A DNA stretch of 64,000 nt from Candidatus Bathyarchaeota archaeon (GTDB lineage Archaea > Thermoproteota > Bathyarchaeia > 40CM-2-53-6), in NCBI GenBank assembly GCA_963726255.1, contig CAVSBL010000002.1:2299726-2363725 (forward strand), given 5' to 3'. Position 1 is the stretch's first letter, and each line of letters begins with the position of its first letter. The position numbers and the translations under genes were made by a program. Shown piece by piece: positions 1-9,165 of this stretch. The notes beneath the pieces were generated by a model that made no database searches, was not told where the DNA came from, and worked only from the letters and a program-made list of their open reading frames with translations.

Positions 1-525
1 CCTCCGGCTCAGTGGATCCAAGCCTATTGTTGGCTCGTCAAGAAAGATGAGTTCCGCGTCACAGGCGATAGCCATTGCGATTAGAACCCGCTGCTTCATT
101 CCACCCGACAGGTCCTCGGAACGAGTCTTCTCGACCTCCGTCAGTTCAAGTGTCTCAATAATTCGCTTCGCCTTGTGTGCCGCTTCGGAATGGCTTACCC
201 CTCTCATCATGAGCGCGAGGACGATGTGGTCCTTCGCGGTGAGGGTCCAAAGCGGCCGACCTTCCTGGGGTGCGATCGCAATCCGTTTTCTTATCGCCTT
301 AGCATCCTTCAGCACATCTAGGCCGAGGACGCTGACTGAGCCGGAGGTAGGCAACAATTGGGTCGTGGCTATGCGGAGGAAAGTTGTCTTTCCGGCCCCG
401 TTTCTCCCAAGAAGAGTGAATATTCTGCCCTCGTTCACTGTCAAGTCTAGGCCGTCTAGTGCCGGGATTTCGCTTTTCCCGTAGTACTTGACAAGCTTGC
501 GTACTTCGATAATCGAGGAGGGCAA
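1..525 (-). CDS. ABC transporter ATP-binding protein (3' end beyond window edge)
   Basis: Manual minus-strand translation from TTG 525: MPSSIIEVRKLVKYYG...GRNGAGKTT (Walker A)...LSGGMKQRV (signature)...IFLDEPT (Walker B). Not in the ORF track because it is truncated. Confidence 0.9.
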   Translation of the reverse strand, partial: MPSSIIEVRKLVKYYGKSEIPALDGLDLTVNEGRIFTLLGRNGAGKTTFLRIATTQLLPTSGSVSVLGLDVLKDAKAIRKRIAIAPQEGRPLWTLTAKDHIVLALMMRGVSHSEAAHKAKRIIETLELTEVEKTRSEDLSGGMKQRVLIAMAIACDAELIFLDEPTIGLDPLSRR

Positions 526-668
526 TGATGATTCACGCTTGGTTCCGACTCGAAAACACGCATGGTTCTATTGAAGATTGAGTCGGAGGTCTGCATTGAC
601 TTTCCTTGCTCTCACACTGTGCGGAAGCGAATTATGTGGCCTCAAAGTAGCCTTGTTTCCGTGTTCAA

Positions 669-1319
669 ATGGGCGACGAGAAGTTCGAAATCGACCTCGG
701 GAATCTTCTCTCAAGGCTCCTCCCCGACGAGAAAGACTCGGCTTTCAAGAAGTTGGACGCTGTCAAAGCGAAGCTTGTGGAGATGCACGACCGGAATCTA
801 GTGAAGATCAATCATTCGGCTATGGAGGTTATCTGTGCTAAGGATTTGATTTTGAGGGGCTATGAGGTCGATGTTGAGCACGGCTTAGAAGAAGCGCTTG
901 TCTGCGACCTGCTGGGAACCAAGGGCGGCGGAAGGGCCATAATTGAAATCGAGACGGGTTTCGTCCCCCCAGAGCACGCATTGGATCCCACAGCCTTTTG
1001 CTCAGCTAGAATTGCCAGCAAGATAGCTCGGTACAGTAGATTCGCGGACAAATTCAGCTTAGCTTCACCCCTCTACCAAGTCCTGCCAATTCCTTCACTC
1101 TTCCTGAAACCGCCGCGAGTGAGAGAGCAAGCGGAGCTGTTGGAAATGAAGACGCTGTGCGATCGCTACTACGATAATCCACCCATAGTCCTGAAGGCGA
1201 TAGCTACCGGTAGACTTCACTCGCTCTTCTTCATTGATGTGGACAGCGGGACACTGAGAGAGGTGGACCCTGAAACTTATTCTGAGTCACTGAGTACGTG
1301 GGATAAGTTGAGAAGGTAA
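669..1319 (+). CDS. Hypothetical protein, PD-(D/E)XK nuclease-like fold
   Basis: 216 aa; E..GY.V.VE...CDLLGTKG...IEIETG pattern resembles a restriction-endonuclease-like core. Confidence 0.65.
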   Translation: MGDEKFEIDLGNLLSRLLPDEKDSAFKKLDAVKAKLVEMHDRNLVKINHSAMEVICAKDLILRGYEVDVEHGLEEALVCDLLGTKGGGRAIIEIETGFVPPEHALDPTAFCSARIASKIARYSRFADKFSLASPLYQVLPIPSLFLKPPRVREQAELLEMKTLCDRYYDNPPIVLKAIATGRLHSLFFIDVDSGTLREVDPETYSESLSTWDKLRR

Positions 1320-1320
1320 T

Positions 1321-1549
1321 TGCTGCCCAACTTTCGAGGCAGATGTGGCTTTCCCTTCGCGAGGGACTTTCGACCTTTCCCTCATCCAACGCCTTGGTTT
1401 TCCCTCACTCGGGCATCACGGAGTTTCTGCGGTTTCCCGCTAGCGTCGTAGCGCTACGCCCGAGCGCTCATCGATCCACATAACGACCCAAGGCAAACCC
1501 TGGGACGGAAGCCGACCGACGAATCTACCCCTGTCTCGGTTGAGCAGCA
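1321..1549 (-). ncRNA. Candidate structured non-coding RNA (~230 nt), family unrecognised
   Basis: 11-bp terminal helix (1539-1549/1321-1331), nested helices (1509-1515/1370-1376; 1488-1494/1391-1397; 1456-1466/1406-1416) and a GCGG-GAAA-CCGC hairpin (1429-1440). Most mismatches are G-U on the minus strand. Confidence 0.65.
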
Positions 1550-1765
1550 GACTATGATTGTCGTTGCAGAGATATGGGGATTGTGGTTGAGCCCCAAACA
1601 TCAGGTGTGATTTCCAGTGGAATGGAACATAGCTGGGTCCACCGACTCGCTACCTTCAAAAAACCAAAGCATGACGACTCAATCAGGATGAATCAACCTA
1701 TGTCTAGTTCAAACCCTCACCATTGCACGAAAAGTTCTCTCACGATGGAATTCTCATGAGCAAGG

Positions 1766-1939
1766 TTGCAATGGCTAGGCTTCAAGAGGTCTTACCTCAT
1801 TGACGTTGGAAAAGTCTCCTGCAAGAAATGCGGACGAATATTTTCTATCGAAGAACACACTGTTCAGAAAGCCTTGGCGAAAAGAGCAGCTGAGTTCAAA
1901 GAAGACCTTCAGGAAATCGCGTTTGAGCGCAAAGGCTAG
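1766..1939 (+). CDS. Small (57 aa) CxxC protein, possibly a decayed Zn-ribbon gene
   Basis: TTG start: MQWLGFKRSYLIDVGKVSCKKCGRIFSIEEHTVQKALAKRAAEFKEDLQEIAFERKG. Below the ORF-track cutoff; an upstream in-frame ATG (1745) is separated by TGA 1757-1759. Confidence 0.4.
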   Translation: MQWLGFKRSYLIDVGKVSCKKCGRIFSIEEHTVQKALAKRAAEFKEDLQEIAFERKG

Positions 1940-1976
1940 GGTCCGACGGGTATTTGCGGGCTGGCTCTTGGACGGG

Positions 1977-2999
1977 CTAGACGGATTCCATTAGGCTCGC
2001 GACTTTTTCTTCATCAAACACTTGATCTGAAATCTTACGTAACTTCATGGCGAGAGTCGCATCTCGGCCGTTTCCCAAAGCCCATTTCATATCTGAAGCT
2101 ACAAACCCACTGTCCCTGAACATTCCTCTCGCGGCAAGTACGAATGGGCATGAGGTTAGGGGGTGGCCTTCTTCAAGGAGTAGTTTGAGGACGGGGCTGT
2201 AACGATAATTCTTGAACCGGAATCTGGCTTCTGAACGTGACAGGTCGATATTGATCTTGTCCGACAACCCTTGGTTTACATAGAATTCCGCTAGTTTGTT
2301 TAGGGATTCTTTGTGTCCTTCGGGAAGTTTCGTGTGGAATTCGTCTCGTAGAAATTCGATGATTCCGTGGCCGATGTTATCGAGGAGGAGTTGGGCTTGT
2401 GCTCCTAGGTATTCGAAGCCACACGCTAATCCATACTCAACAGTCTCGAACGCAGGTAACCCCACTTTGGTATTCGAGTAGCCTGTTGGTGGGACTGTGC
2501 TAAGGTCTGCGTGCTCCGGTGCAGTGAGAACTGAGTCGGCAGGCGGTACATTCCTGAATCTGAGGCTGTATGTTCCATCTGGGGACAATCCTTCGGACAG
2601 AACTTGTGATCCACGGTGTTCTTCTCTCTCGATTGCTCCCCGTGCGAGGCATAGGGGGCAGGTTAAAAGGAAGCAATTCTGGTTCCGGAGTTTCTTCATT
2701 AGGCCTATGAATCTCCAACCGTGCATCTTAACGAGGAAAGCCTCTCCGTCAGGTGAGAACTCGACTCCGCTCACGTAGCCAGTGTCCTTGAAGAAGCGGA
2801 TAAGTTCGGAAATGGATTGGTATGGGTCTTGTGAGAGCTGTAGGTAATTCAGTTTCACTCCGTAGTCAATGATTCCAGTCCCGATTCTGTCGAGCATCTC
2901 TTGGCCGCGTTCGTGCCCAAGATAGTCGAAGGCTCTTGCTGCTCCGTAAATAACAGAATCCAACACGGCGAGCTGAATTGATTCCGTTTTTTCCGCCAT
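1977..2999 (-). CDS. Protein with two tandem V4R/H-NOX-like ligand-binding domains
   Basis: Internal duplication: YGAARAFDYLG..LDRIGTGIIDY...TCPLCLA versus YGLACGFEYLG..LDNIGHGIIEF...SCPFVLA. Confidence 0.55.
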   Translation of the reverse strand: MAEKTESIQLAVLDSVIYGAARAFDYLGHERGQEMLDRIGTGIIDYGVKLNYLQLSQDPYQSISELIRFFKDTGYVSGVEFSPDGEAFLVKMHGWRFIGLMKKLRNQNCFLLTCPLCLARGAIEREEHRGSQVLSEGLSPDGTYSLRFRNVPPADSVLTAPEHADLSTVPPTGYSNTKVGLPAFETVEYGLACGFEYLGAQAQLLLDNIGHGIIEFLRDEFHTKLPEGHKESLNKLAEFYVNQGLSDKINIDLSRSEARFRFKNYRYSPVLKLLLEEGHPLTSCPFVLAARGMFRDSGFVASDMKWALGNGRDATLAMKLRKISDQVFDEEKVASLMESV

Positions 3000-3565
3000 T
3001 ATATTTTCACAACTTTGTCGCAGAAGGGTGCGAGTTGTGATACTACGTCCCGTTCCGCATTCATCTCAACGGTGAGAAGTGAGCCTGAAGTGTTCCACCT
3101 GCGCATCTTCTCCGTCAATAGGTGAGCAAATTTGGCGACGGATTTTGGGTCATTGTATATGAGAAGGGTTGAGAGGCTGTCCAAGACTAGGAACTTCTCT
3201 CCAGTAATCCCGTTAATGGCCTTGGAGATGCCAATGCAGAGGTTACTTAGGTCTACACCCGACCCCAAACAAGCGTGATCGTTCTCTTCCTGAATTGATG
3301 GGACGTTCGTAATCCCGTCTACAAAGAATAATGAGCTGGATGGGATTCCAGCCTTCTCGAACGACTTGGTCAGAACGGCGAACGGTTTGTTTAGGCTGAC
3401 GTAGACCCCCCGGGAAACCTTAGCTGTGAAGTAGCGTAGGAGCTGAAGAACCGCGTCCTGATACTTGATTGGGTCGATTAGCGCGAGTATTACCGGTCGC
3501 TCTAACCCGTCCAAGCTCTCGCCAATACTGACCGAAAGATCAACGGTCAACGGGAAATCTGACAA
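2999..3565 (-). CDS. Inactive KaiC/RecA-like ATPase domain protein (DUF835-like)
   Basis: GVYVSLNKP, FFVDGI, LVLDSLSTLLIYN and FCDKVVKI motifs; no Walker A; stop overlaps the start of the next gene. Confidence 0.7.
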   Translation of the reverse strand: MSDFPLTVDLSVSIGESLDGLERPVILALIDPIKYQDAVLQLLRYFTAKVSRGVYVSLNKPFAVLTKSFEKAGIPSSSLFFVDGITNVPSIQEENDHACLGSGVDLSNLCIGISKAINGITGEKFLVLDSLSTLLIYNDPKSVAKFAHLLTEKMRRWNTSGSLLTVEMNAERDVVSQLAPFCDKVVKI

Positions 3566-3679
3566 TCATGATTTGCACGGACATAAAACCTTTCGATAAC
3601 TAGCTAGAGCAGCTGTCGTGTGAATCTTAATAGTTGACCTTGCAGTTAGCGGATTGAGTATTCTGTGGATTGACGATCA

Positions 3680-4150
3680 ATGGCTGAAGATAAGATTGGC
3701 CAGGTAATGAGTAAACCCGTCCGAACAGTCAAGCCCGACGAAAAGCTCAGTGCCGCGATGGTAATCATGGAGAAGAACAACGTCGGCAGCGTCGTTGTCG
3801 TTGAAGGCGAGAACCCTATTGGAATCATAACCGAACGCGACGTTATTCGGCAAATCCTGAAAGGAACTCAAATGATTCAGGGAGCAGTAACACAAGTGAT
3901 GTCAAAGCCTTTGATCACAGGGGGACCTGATATGCTTGTTCAGGACGCCGTGGACCTGATGCTTGAGAACAAGATTCGTCAACTTCCCGTGGTTGAAGGA
4001 AACAAATTGGTTGGCATAGTTACGGACGGAGACTTGATGCGGTCGGTTCTCCGCGTTTCATACGAGAAGCTGAGCAAACTTAAGCTTCGGGAATTGGAAA
4101 TTGAAGCGGCAAGGATAGCAGCCCAGATAGTTACATTGCTAAATCTCTAA
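3680..4150 (+). CDS. CBS domain protein
   Basis: Two CBS repeats (GIITERD, LPVV..LVGIVTDGD). Confidence 0.9.
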   Translation: MAEDKIGQVMSKPVRTVKPDEKLSAAMVIMEKNNVGSVVVVEGENPIGIITERDVIRQILKGTQMIQGAVTQVMSKPLITGGPDMLVQDAVDLMLENKIRQLPVVEGNKLVGIVTDGDLMRSVLRVSYEKLSKLKLRELEIEAARIAAQIVTLLNL

Positions 4151-4167
4151 CACTCATATTCGGAGTG

Positions 4168-5538
4168 TTATCGCCGCCGCGACAGCACGACGGCGGATAC
4201 AACCGCAACAGCGGCCACTAATCCAGCAATTAGTATGAGCCCAACACCCGAATGAGGGCCGGGTGAGGATACAGTGTTCTCGGTCGGCTGCGTTGTCGTT
4301 ACAGTTGTAGAGGCAGCAGGGCGGATTCCCGTAATCTGAGCGTAGAGTAGCCCCGTGGAGGTGAATTGGTCGGTTAGCATGCTCTGGGACGCAACCTTAA
4401 CGAGCGATGCTTCAAGGTCTTGGTAGGATAAGGCCGCAGTGTCCGAACCGTAATCGACGTACCCAAAGAATTGCAATGTCCAGAAGGGTGAAACGTAATC
4501 GATTCCCTCAACCTTCGCAGAGTTAACAATTGCCGCTAGGAACTCCTGATCCAGAGGCGCCCAGAAGCTGAACACGTCGTTCCGGAACACGTCGATATTT
4601 GTAGCCAAGCTTTGGCTCACCAGCGTTCCAGCCTTGTACAACCAAGCCTCATCCATGATGACCCGCTTCCCATGTTGCTTCGCGATGTCGGAGAATGCGA
4701 GGATACGTTGTAGGGTCGGGCCAACGACTGGATAGACGTGTAAGGCTATGAAGTCTAGGCTGGTATTGGCCGCAAGGCTCTGCACATACCCATCGTTAAC
4801 CCATGTTCCACTTCCCGCCCCCACTTTCGTGCTCCCCCTGTTCAGGCCATTGAGAATGTAGTTCACGTACGCCGTGTACGAGTCGGGAGAGTTGAATTCG
4901 GTGAAACCCGTCAGCCTGTATTGCGTGTCCGGCTCGGCGCCCAAATCCAAGTAGTCAGGTTGCAGGTCCTGAATGAGTGCCACAATCATCTGCTTCCTCT
5001 GCAACTCGAAATCCTGGAACGTTAGCTTCGAGTAATCGAACGCTATCGGAGAGAAGGGGGTATTTGCGAATAGCACGGACGACTCAATCTCAACCACCAT
5101 ACCCCTTTTCCTAACTTCCTGCACGACTTGTTTGTAGAATTGCACGTAAGCTTGGTAGTTCGGAAAGTTGGGTGTGTATAGTGGTTAGCCTACTGGGAAG
5201 GTGACGCCGCCAACGCTCAACTCCTTCAACCGATCCAGATACAGGGTTACAGCCTGCATCGTGTTCGGCGAAAGCAACGCGTCTCCCCGATTCGCGTTTG
5301 CGGGTAGCAACTCTGCACCGAAAATCGGCGAACCCGTCCCAGGCCCCATTGCGGCTAAGGTGGTGTTGAAACTGTCCAAACTCGATTTGAGGGTAGAATA
5401 GAGTTCCTGGTATTCGGGCGGAACCTGAGCCTGACCTACCCCCGAGAACGCAGAGGCACTTGGAATTAGTAGGAGGCTGAACAGAAAGAGGCTGCTGGCC
5501 AGATAGGTTTTCGCGGAAACTCGACCCCGGCCCATCAA
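4168..5538 (-). pseudogene. Secreted, C-terminally anchored glycoside-hydrolase-like protein interrupted by an in-frame TAA
   Basis: ORFs 5185-5538 and 4168-5145 are in the same frame (FPVG*PLYTPNFPNYQAYVQFY). Signal peptide, AEPD, DFIALHVYP and VIMDEAW motifs, Thr-rich linker, TM helix followed by RRR. Confidence 0.7.
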
Positions 5539-5582
5539 CCGGCCAGTTTCAATATTAGGGGGTTGTGAACGAATCGTTCAAG

Positions 5583-5948
5583 TTACGCAAGTTCGATTGC
5601 TATGAGCTTGGATAGGGAGAACCAGTCTTCGATAACCTCCTTCGCAGCCTTTCCATAGTACTTCTCGTAGAGCGCAACCTTGCACCGCCAAGCCTCGTCC
5701 GTGGCTTCCTCAATGTAGTAGGCTTTTCCCGTGAAGTTCTTTCCACCTATTTCGAATGAGACTGCGCTGTTCTGCTTGAGGTTCTTCATCCAGTCCGTCT
5801 CGCTCCCCTCGTGGCTAAGGTACACCTTACCCTCCCCAAGCGCAAACCACAACTCTACCGTGTGCGGCCGCCCCGTCTTCCGCCCCTTCGTCGTAAGATG
5901 AATGAACTTCTGGGACCTAACCTTCGCCAAATCGTCCTTGCTGGCCAT
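5583..5948 (-). CDS. Deazaflavin (F420)-dependent nitroreductase / split-barrel oxidoreductase
   Basis: LTTKGRKTGRPHTVELWF and DWMKNL motifs. Confidence 0.8.
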   Translation of the reverse strand: MASKDDLAKVRSQKFIHLTTKGRKTGRPHTVELWFALGEGKVYLSHEGSETDWMKNLKQNSAVSFEIGGKNFTGKAYYIEEATDEAWRCKVALYEKYYGKAAKEVIEDWFSLSKLIAIELA

Positions 5949-6044
5949 GAGGTCTCATCTGGGGGCGTCTCTATGGCGGATCGTACTAATTATGATTGGA
6001 AACCGACGGTATGAGGAGGGTTGCGTCAGCTAAGGCTGAGGGCG

Positions 6045-6572
6045 TTAGTCGGTTTGTGGGAAGTCGCCTTGAAAGATTTCCTCTAGTGCCCTTCTAGGTG
6101 AAGGTTCAGGTTGCTCGGCCGCATAGCCTAACGAGAACATTGCCACGGGACGAACAGACTTGACGCCTAGAACCTGCTGCACTTTCCCTTCGTCAAAGTC
6201 TCCGACCCAGACGGTTGCCAAGCCAACGTCGACCGCCGCAAGCACAGCGAAGGCTCCAGCGATCGTCGCATCCTGAATGCTGTAGAGCTCCTTACCCCTC
6301 TTCCCGTATTTCGCAGCCGAACGTTCGGGGTCAGCGCAGAAGACCAAGCAGACGGGAGCCTGCGCGATGAACCCTTGATCATGCGCCGCCTTCGCAAGAG
6401 CATCCCTCTTAGCCTGATCACGAACCACAAAGACTTTGTACGCTTGCAGGTTCCCGGCTGAAGGCGCCATGTTGACGACTTGGAAGATGTGCTGCAGTTT
6501 GCTTTCCTCAACGGGTTGAGGCTTGTAGGTGCGCACTGAACGCCTCTGGGTTAGAACTTCAACGAACTCCAT
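6045..6572 (-). CDS. Nitroreductase family protein
   Basis: RRSVRTY, APSAGNLQ and GLATVWVG motifs. Confidence 0.9.
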   Translation of the reverse strand: MEFVEVLTQRRSVRTYKPQPVEESKLQHIFQVVNMAPSAGNLQAYKVFVVRDQAKRDALAKAAHDQGFIAQAPVCLVFCADPERSAAKYGKRGKELYSIQDATIAGAFAVLAAVDVGLATVWVGDFDEGKVQQVLGVKSVRPVAMFSLGYAAEQPEPSPRRALEEIFQGDFPQTD

Positions 6573-6688
6573 TAGGAATCATTCTGAGGTTGAAGACGGG
6601 CCGATTAAAGGGGAATTCTTGGCACCCAGAATTGCAATCCAGCGAGCCCAGAATTTACCACCAAACCCGTAACCCCACACGATTTCCC

Positions 6689-7735
6689 ATGCCGATTCAT
6701 TTCGAGTCGGTTAGCAGAGAAGCACAACTTCTCAGCCCCCTCCAGAACTTTGAACGGGTCAGCCAAACCATCGAGCACAGGGGGGACCCGCTTACCGGCC
6801 GACGCGTGATTGTGCTCCGAGGACGGTTGGACTATGTTAAGCGGTTCATAGAGTCGGATGAGAGCGCCATTGACGGCTTGGCGGATTCAACGCAACAGGA
6901 CTGCCCCTTCTGCCCCGCATCTGTGGAACAGAAGGCGCCAAAATTCATTCCTGAAATCTCACCCGAAGGCCGGATACGGGTGGGTGATGCGATCTGCTTC
7001 CCAAGCCTCTTCGCCCACGAGGACTTCAACGCGGTCGTCGTCCCAACACGTTCACACCGTGTCCCGTTAAATCAAATGCAGCCCTCCATGTTCGTTGATG
7101 CATTCAAGGCGTGCATTGAGTATTTTCGCCGACTGTACGCCTATCAGCCCGCGGTGAAGTACAATGCGATTGCTGTGAACTTCTACCCACCTGCTGGCTC
7201 AACTGTCGCCCATCCACATGTGCAGGCTCTCGCGAGCGACCTGCCCCTTCCCGGGACCGAGCAGCTTCTGGACGCGAGTCTAGAATACTTCCTGAAACAT
7301 GGTTCCTCGTATTGGGCCGAGCTGGTTGAGGAGGAAAGGCGCCTCCGGGAAAGGTACCTTGGGACGATGGGTGGGGTGTGTTGGTTGACGCCGTTTGCGC
7401 CTTTCGGTTTGAATGAGGCCCAGGCCATCGTGCCCCGCGTTCCAAACTTAAGCTCGATTTCCGACGAAGACCTTCAAGGCCTCGCCGAGGGCCTCGCTAA
7501 AGTTCTGAGGTACTACCACGACACCGGCGTGAGAAGCTTCAACATGGCGCTGTATTCGGGGCCGTTTGGTGAAGCCCTCGATTACTTCGACGTTGGGCTT
7601 CGAGTTGTCTCCCGCTATGGGTACAAGCCTAAGTTTGTGAGCGACGTTTGGGCGCTCCAGTACCTGCTCGGTGGCCAAGAGGCCTATGAGGCGCCGGAAG
7701 AAACTTGCAGCAAGCTCAGAAAATACTTCGAATAG
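6689..7735 (+). CDS. Galactose-1-phosphate uridylyltransferase-like (GalT/HIT superfamily) protein
   Basis: DPLTG, CPFC and AGSTVAHPHVQ (HxHxQ) motifs; start placed at ATG 6689. Confidence 0.75.
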   Translation: MPIHFESVSREAQLLSPLQNFERVSQTIEHRGDPLTGRRVIVLRGRLDYVKRFIESDESAIDGLADSTQQDCPFCPASVEQKAPKFIPEISPEGRIRVGDAICFPSLFAHEDFNAVVVPTRSHRVPLNQMQPSMFVDAFKACIEYFRRLYAYQPAVKYNAIAVNFYPPAGSTVAHPHVQALASDLPLPGTEQLLDASLEYFLKHGSSYWAELVEEERRLRERYLGTMGGVCWLTPFAPFGLNEAQAIVPRVPNLSSISDEDLQGLAEGLAKVLRYYHDTGVRSFNMALYSGPFGEALDYFDVGLRVVSRYGYKPKFVSDVWALQYLLGGQEAYEAPEETCSKLRKYFE

Positions 7736-7751
7736 CTGAGGTTGGCTAGGC

Positions 7752-9056
7752 GTGAAGCTCATTTCCGCTGAAGAAGCGGCTAGGGTGGTCAAGTCTGGCG
7801 ATAGGGTTGTTCTGAGCAACCTTTGCTCTGAACCGAGGCTTCTGCCCAGCCTTATCTTGGAACGGGCTCGGGAGCTGCGTGCGGTTAGGTTCTTTCATTG
7901 CAGGCCGATGGGCCGGTTTGTTGAACGTTACTTGGAGCCTGGGATGGAGGAGCATGTGAGGTGTGCGACCGCGTTTGCTGGCGGTGTACGCGCCATTATC
8001 GAGCTGATGAAGGAGGGGAGGGCGGATTTCTACCCGATTCCGCTGAGCAGGCTGCCCTGGCTCTTCAGGTCGGGCCTTTACAAGCCTGACGTATTCATCG
8101 CGACAGTGTCTCGACCCGACGAGCGCGGTTACTGCAGCCTGGGAATTTCGGTGGATTATGGGCGTGCGGCGTTGGAGACCGCTGGGGTTATGATTGCTGA
8201 GGTGAACGAGAATATGCCGCGAACCTGCGGGGACTCAGAGGTGCACGTTTCCAAGATAGATTACATGGTGGAAGCCTCGGCTCCGATCTACGAGCTGCCC
8301 TCAGCAAATGTTTCCGAGGTGGGGCGCCGTATCGGGGAGAATGTTGCTGAGCTGGTTGAGGACGGTTCGACGATTCAAATAGGGTTCGGGGCGACGGCGG
8401 AATCGATTCCTCCCTTCCTGAAAGAGAAGAAGGACCTGGGGATGCATAGCGAGATGTTGCCTGAGAGTGCGATGAAGCTGGTTGAAGAAGGCGCCTTGAA
8501 TGGGAAGGAGAAGAGCGTTGACAGGGGGAAGGTTGTGTGCGCGTTCAGCGCGGGAACACGGAAACTCTACGAGTGGTTGGACAACAATCCCAGAATCGAG
8601 ATGCGGCCTTTCGATTACACGAACGACAGCAGAATCATTGCCCAGAGTCATAAGATGACGGCGATAAACACGGCGTTGCAGGTCGACTTGTACGGCAACG
8701 TCTACTCGGATATGCTAGGGTTTGATGAATACTCAGGCGCGGGAGGCCAACCGGACTTCATCCTAGGCGCGATGTTGAATCCTGAGGGAAAATCCATCAT
8801 AGCCCTACCATCCACAACCTCCAACAACAAAACCTCTAGGATAGTTTCCTTCCCAAACCTAGCGCGCAACCCCAGATCCCCTGCGATGCCGACTGTCTCA
8901 AGGTTCTACGCGGATTACGTGGCCACCGAGTGGGGAATTGCCTCGCTCAGAGGCAAGACAAGAGGGGGAAGGGCGAAAGCTCTAATCGATGTAGCCCACC
9001 CGAACTTCAAGGACGAACTTTGGAAAGAAGCACGAGAAATGAAGTTCACAACGTAA
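7752..9056 (+). CDS. Acetyl-CoA hydrolase / 4-hydroxybutyrate CoA-transferase family
   Basis: AEVNENMPRT, DLGMHSEM, SGAGGQPDF and YVATEWGIA motifs. Confidence 0.9.
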   Translation: MKLISAEEAARVVKSGDRVVLSNLCSEPRLLPSLILERARELRAVRFFHCRPMGRFVERYLEPGMEEHVRCATAFAGGVRAIIELMKEGRADFYPIPLSRLPWLFRSGLYKPDVFIATVSRPDERGYCSLGISVDYGRAALETAGVMIAEVNENMPRTCGDSEVHVSKIDYMVEASAPIYELPSANVSEVGRRIGENVAELVEDGSTIQIGFGATAESIPPFLKEKKDLGMHSEMLPESAMKLVEEGALNGKEKSVDRGKVVCAFSAGTRKLYEWLDNNPRIEMRPFDYTNDSRIIAQSHKMTAINTALQVDLYGNVYSDMLGFDEYSGAGGQPDFILGAMLNPEGKSIIALPSTTSNNKTSRIVSFPNLARNPRSPAMPTVSRFYADYVATEWGIASLRGKTRGGRAKALIDVAHPNFKDELWKEAREMKFTT

Positions 9057-9165
9057 GAGCGATTCTAATCTAGGAGAGAGACTGAGGAGTCTCCGTCGGT
9101 ACTAGCAGGGTGGGGAATGTAAAATAGTCATTAATCTTTAGTCGAAAGTGGAAGAGTGTTCGCTC

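Noticed and set aside
47-484. 145-aa plus-strand ORF and similar antisense ORFs (e.g. 51409-51861, 62469-62885)
   Set aside because: Shadow ORFs opposite well-supported ABC ATPase and other genes.
1321-1549. Calling the structured element RNase P RNA, SRP RNA, a hammerhead or a cobalamin riboswitch
   Set aside because: GAAACUCC, GAAAGUCC and CGAUGAG are only partial look-alikes. The required order and partner motifs (P4 3' strand, SRP helix-8 loop, CUGAUGA core, B12 box) were not found by eye.
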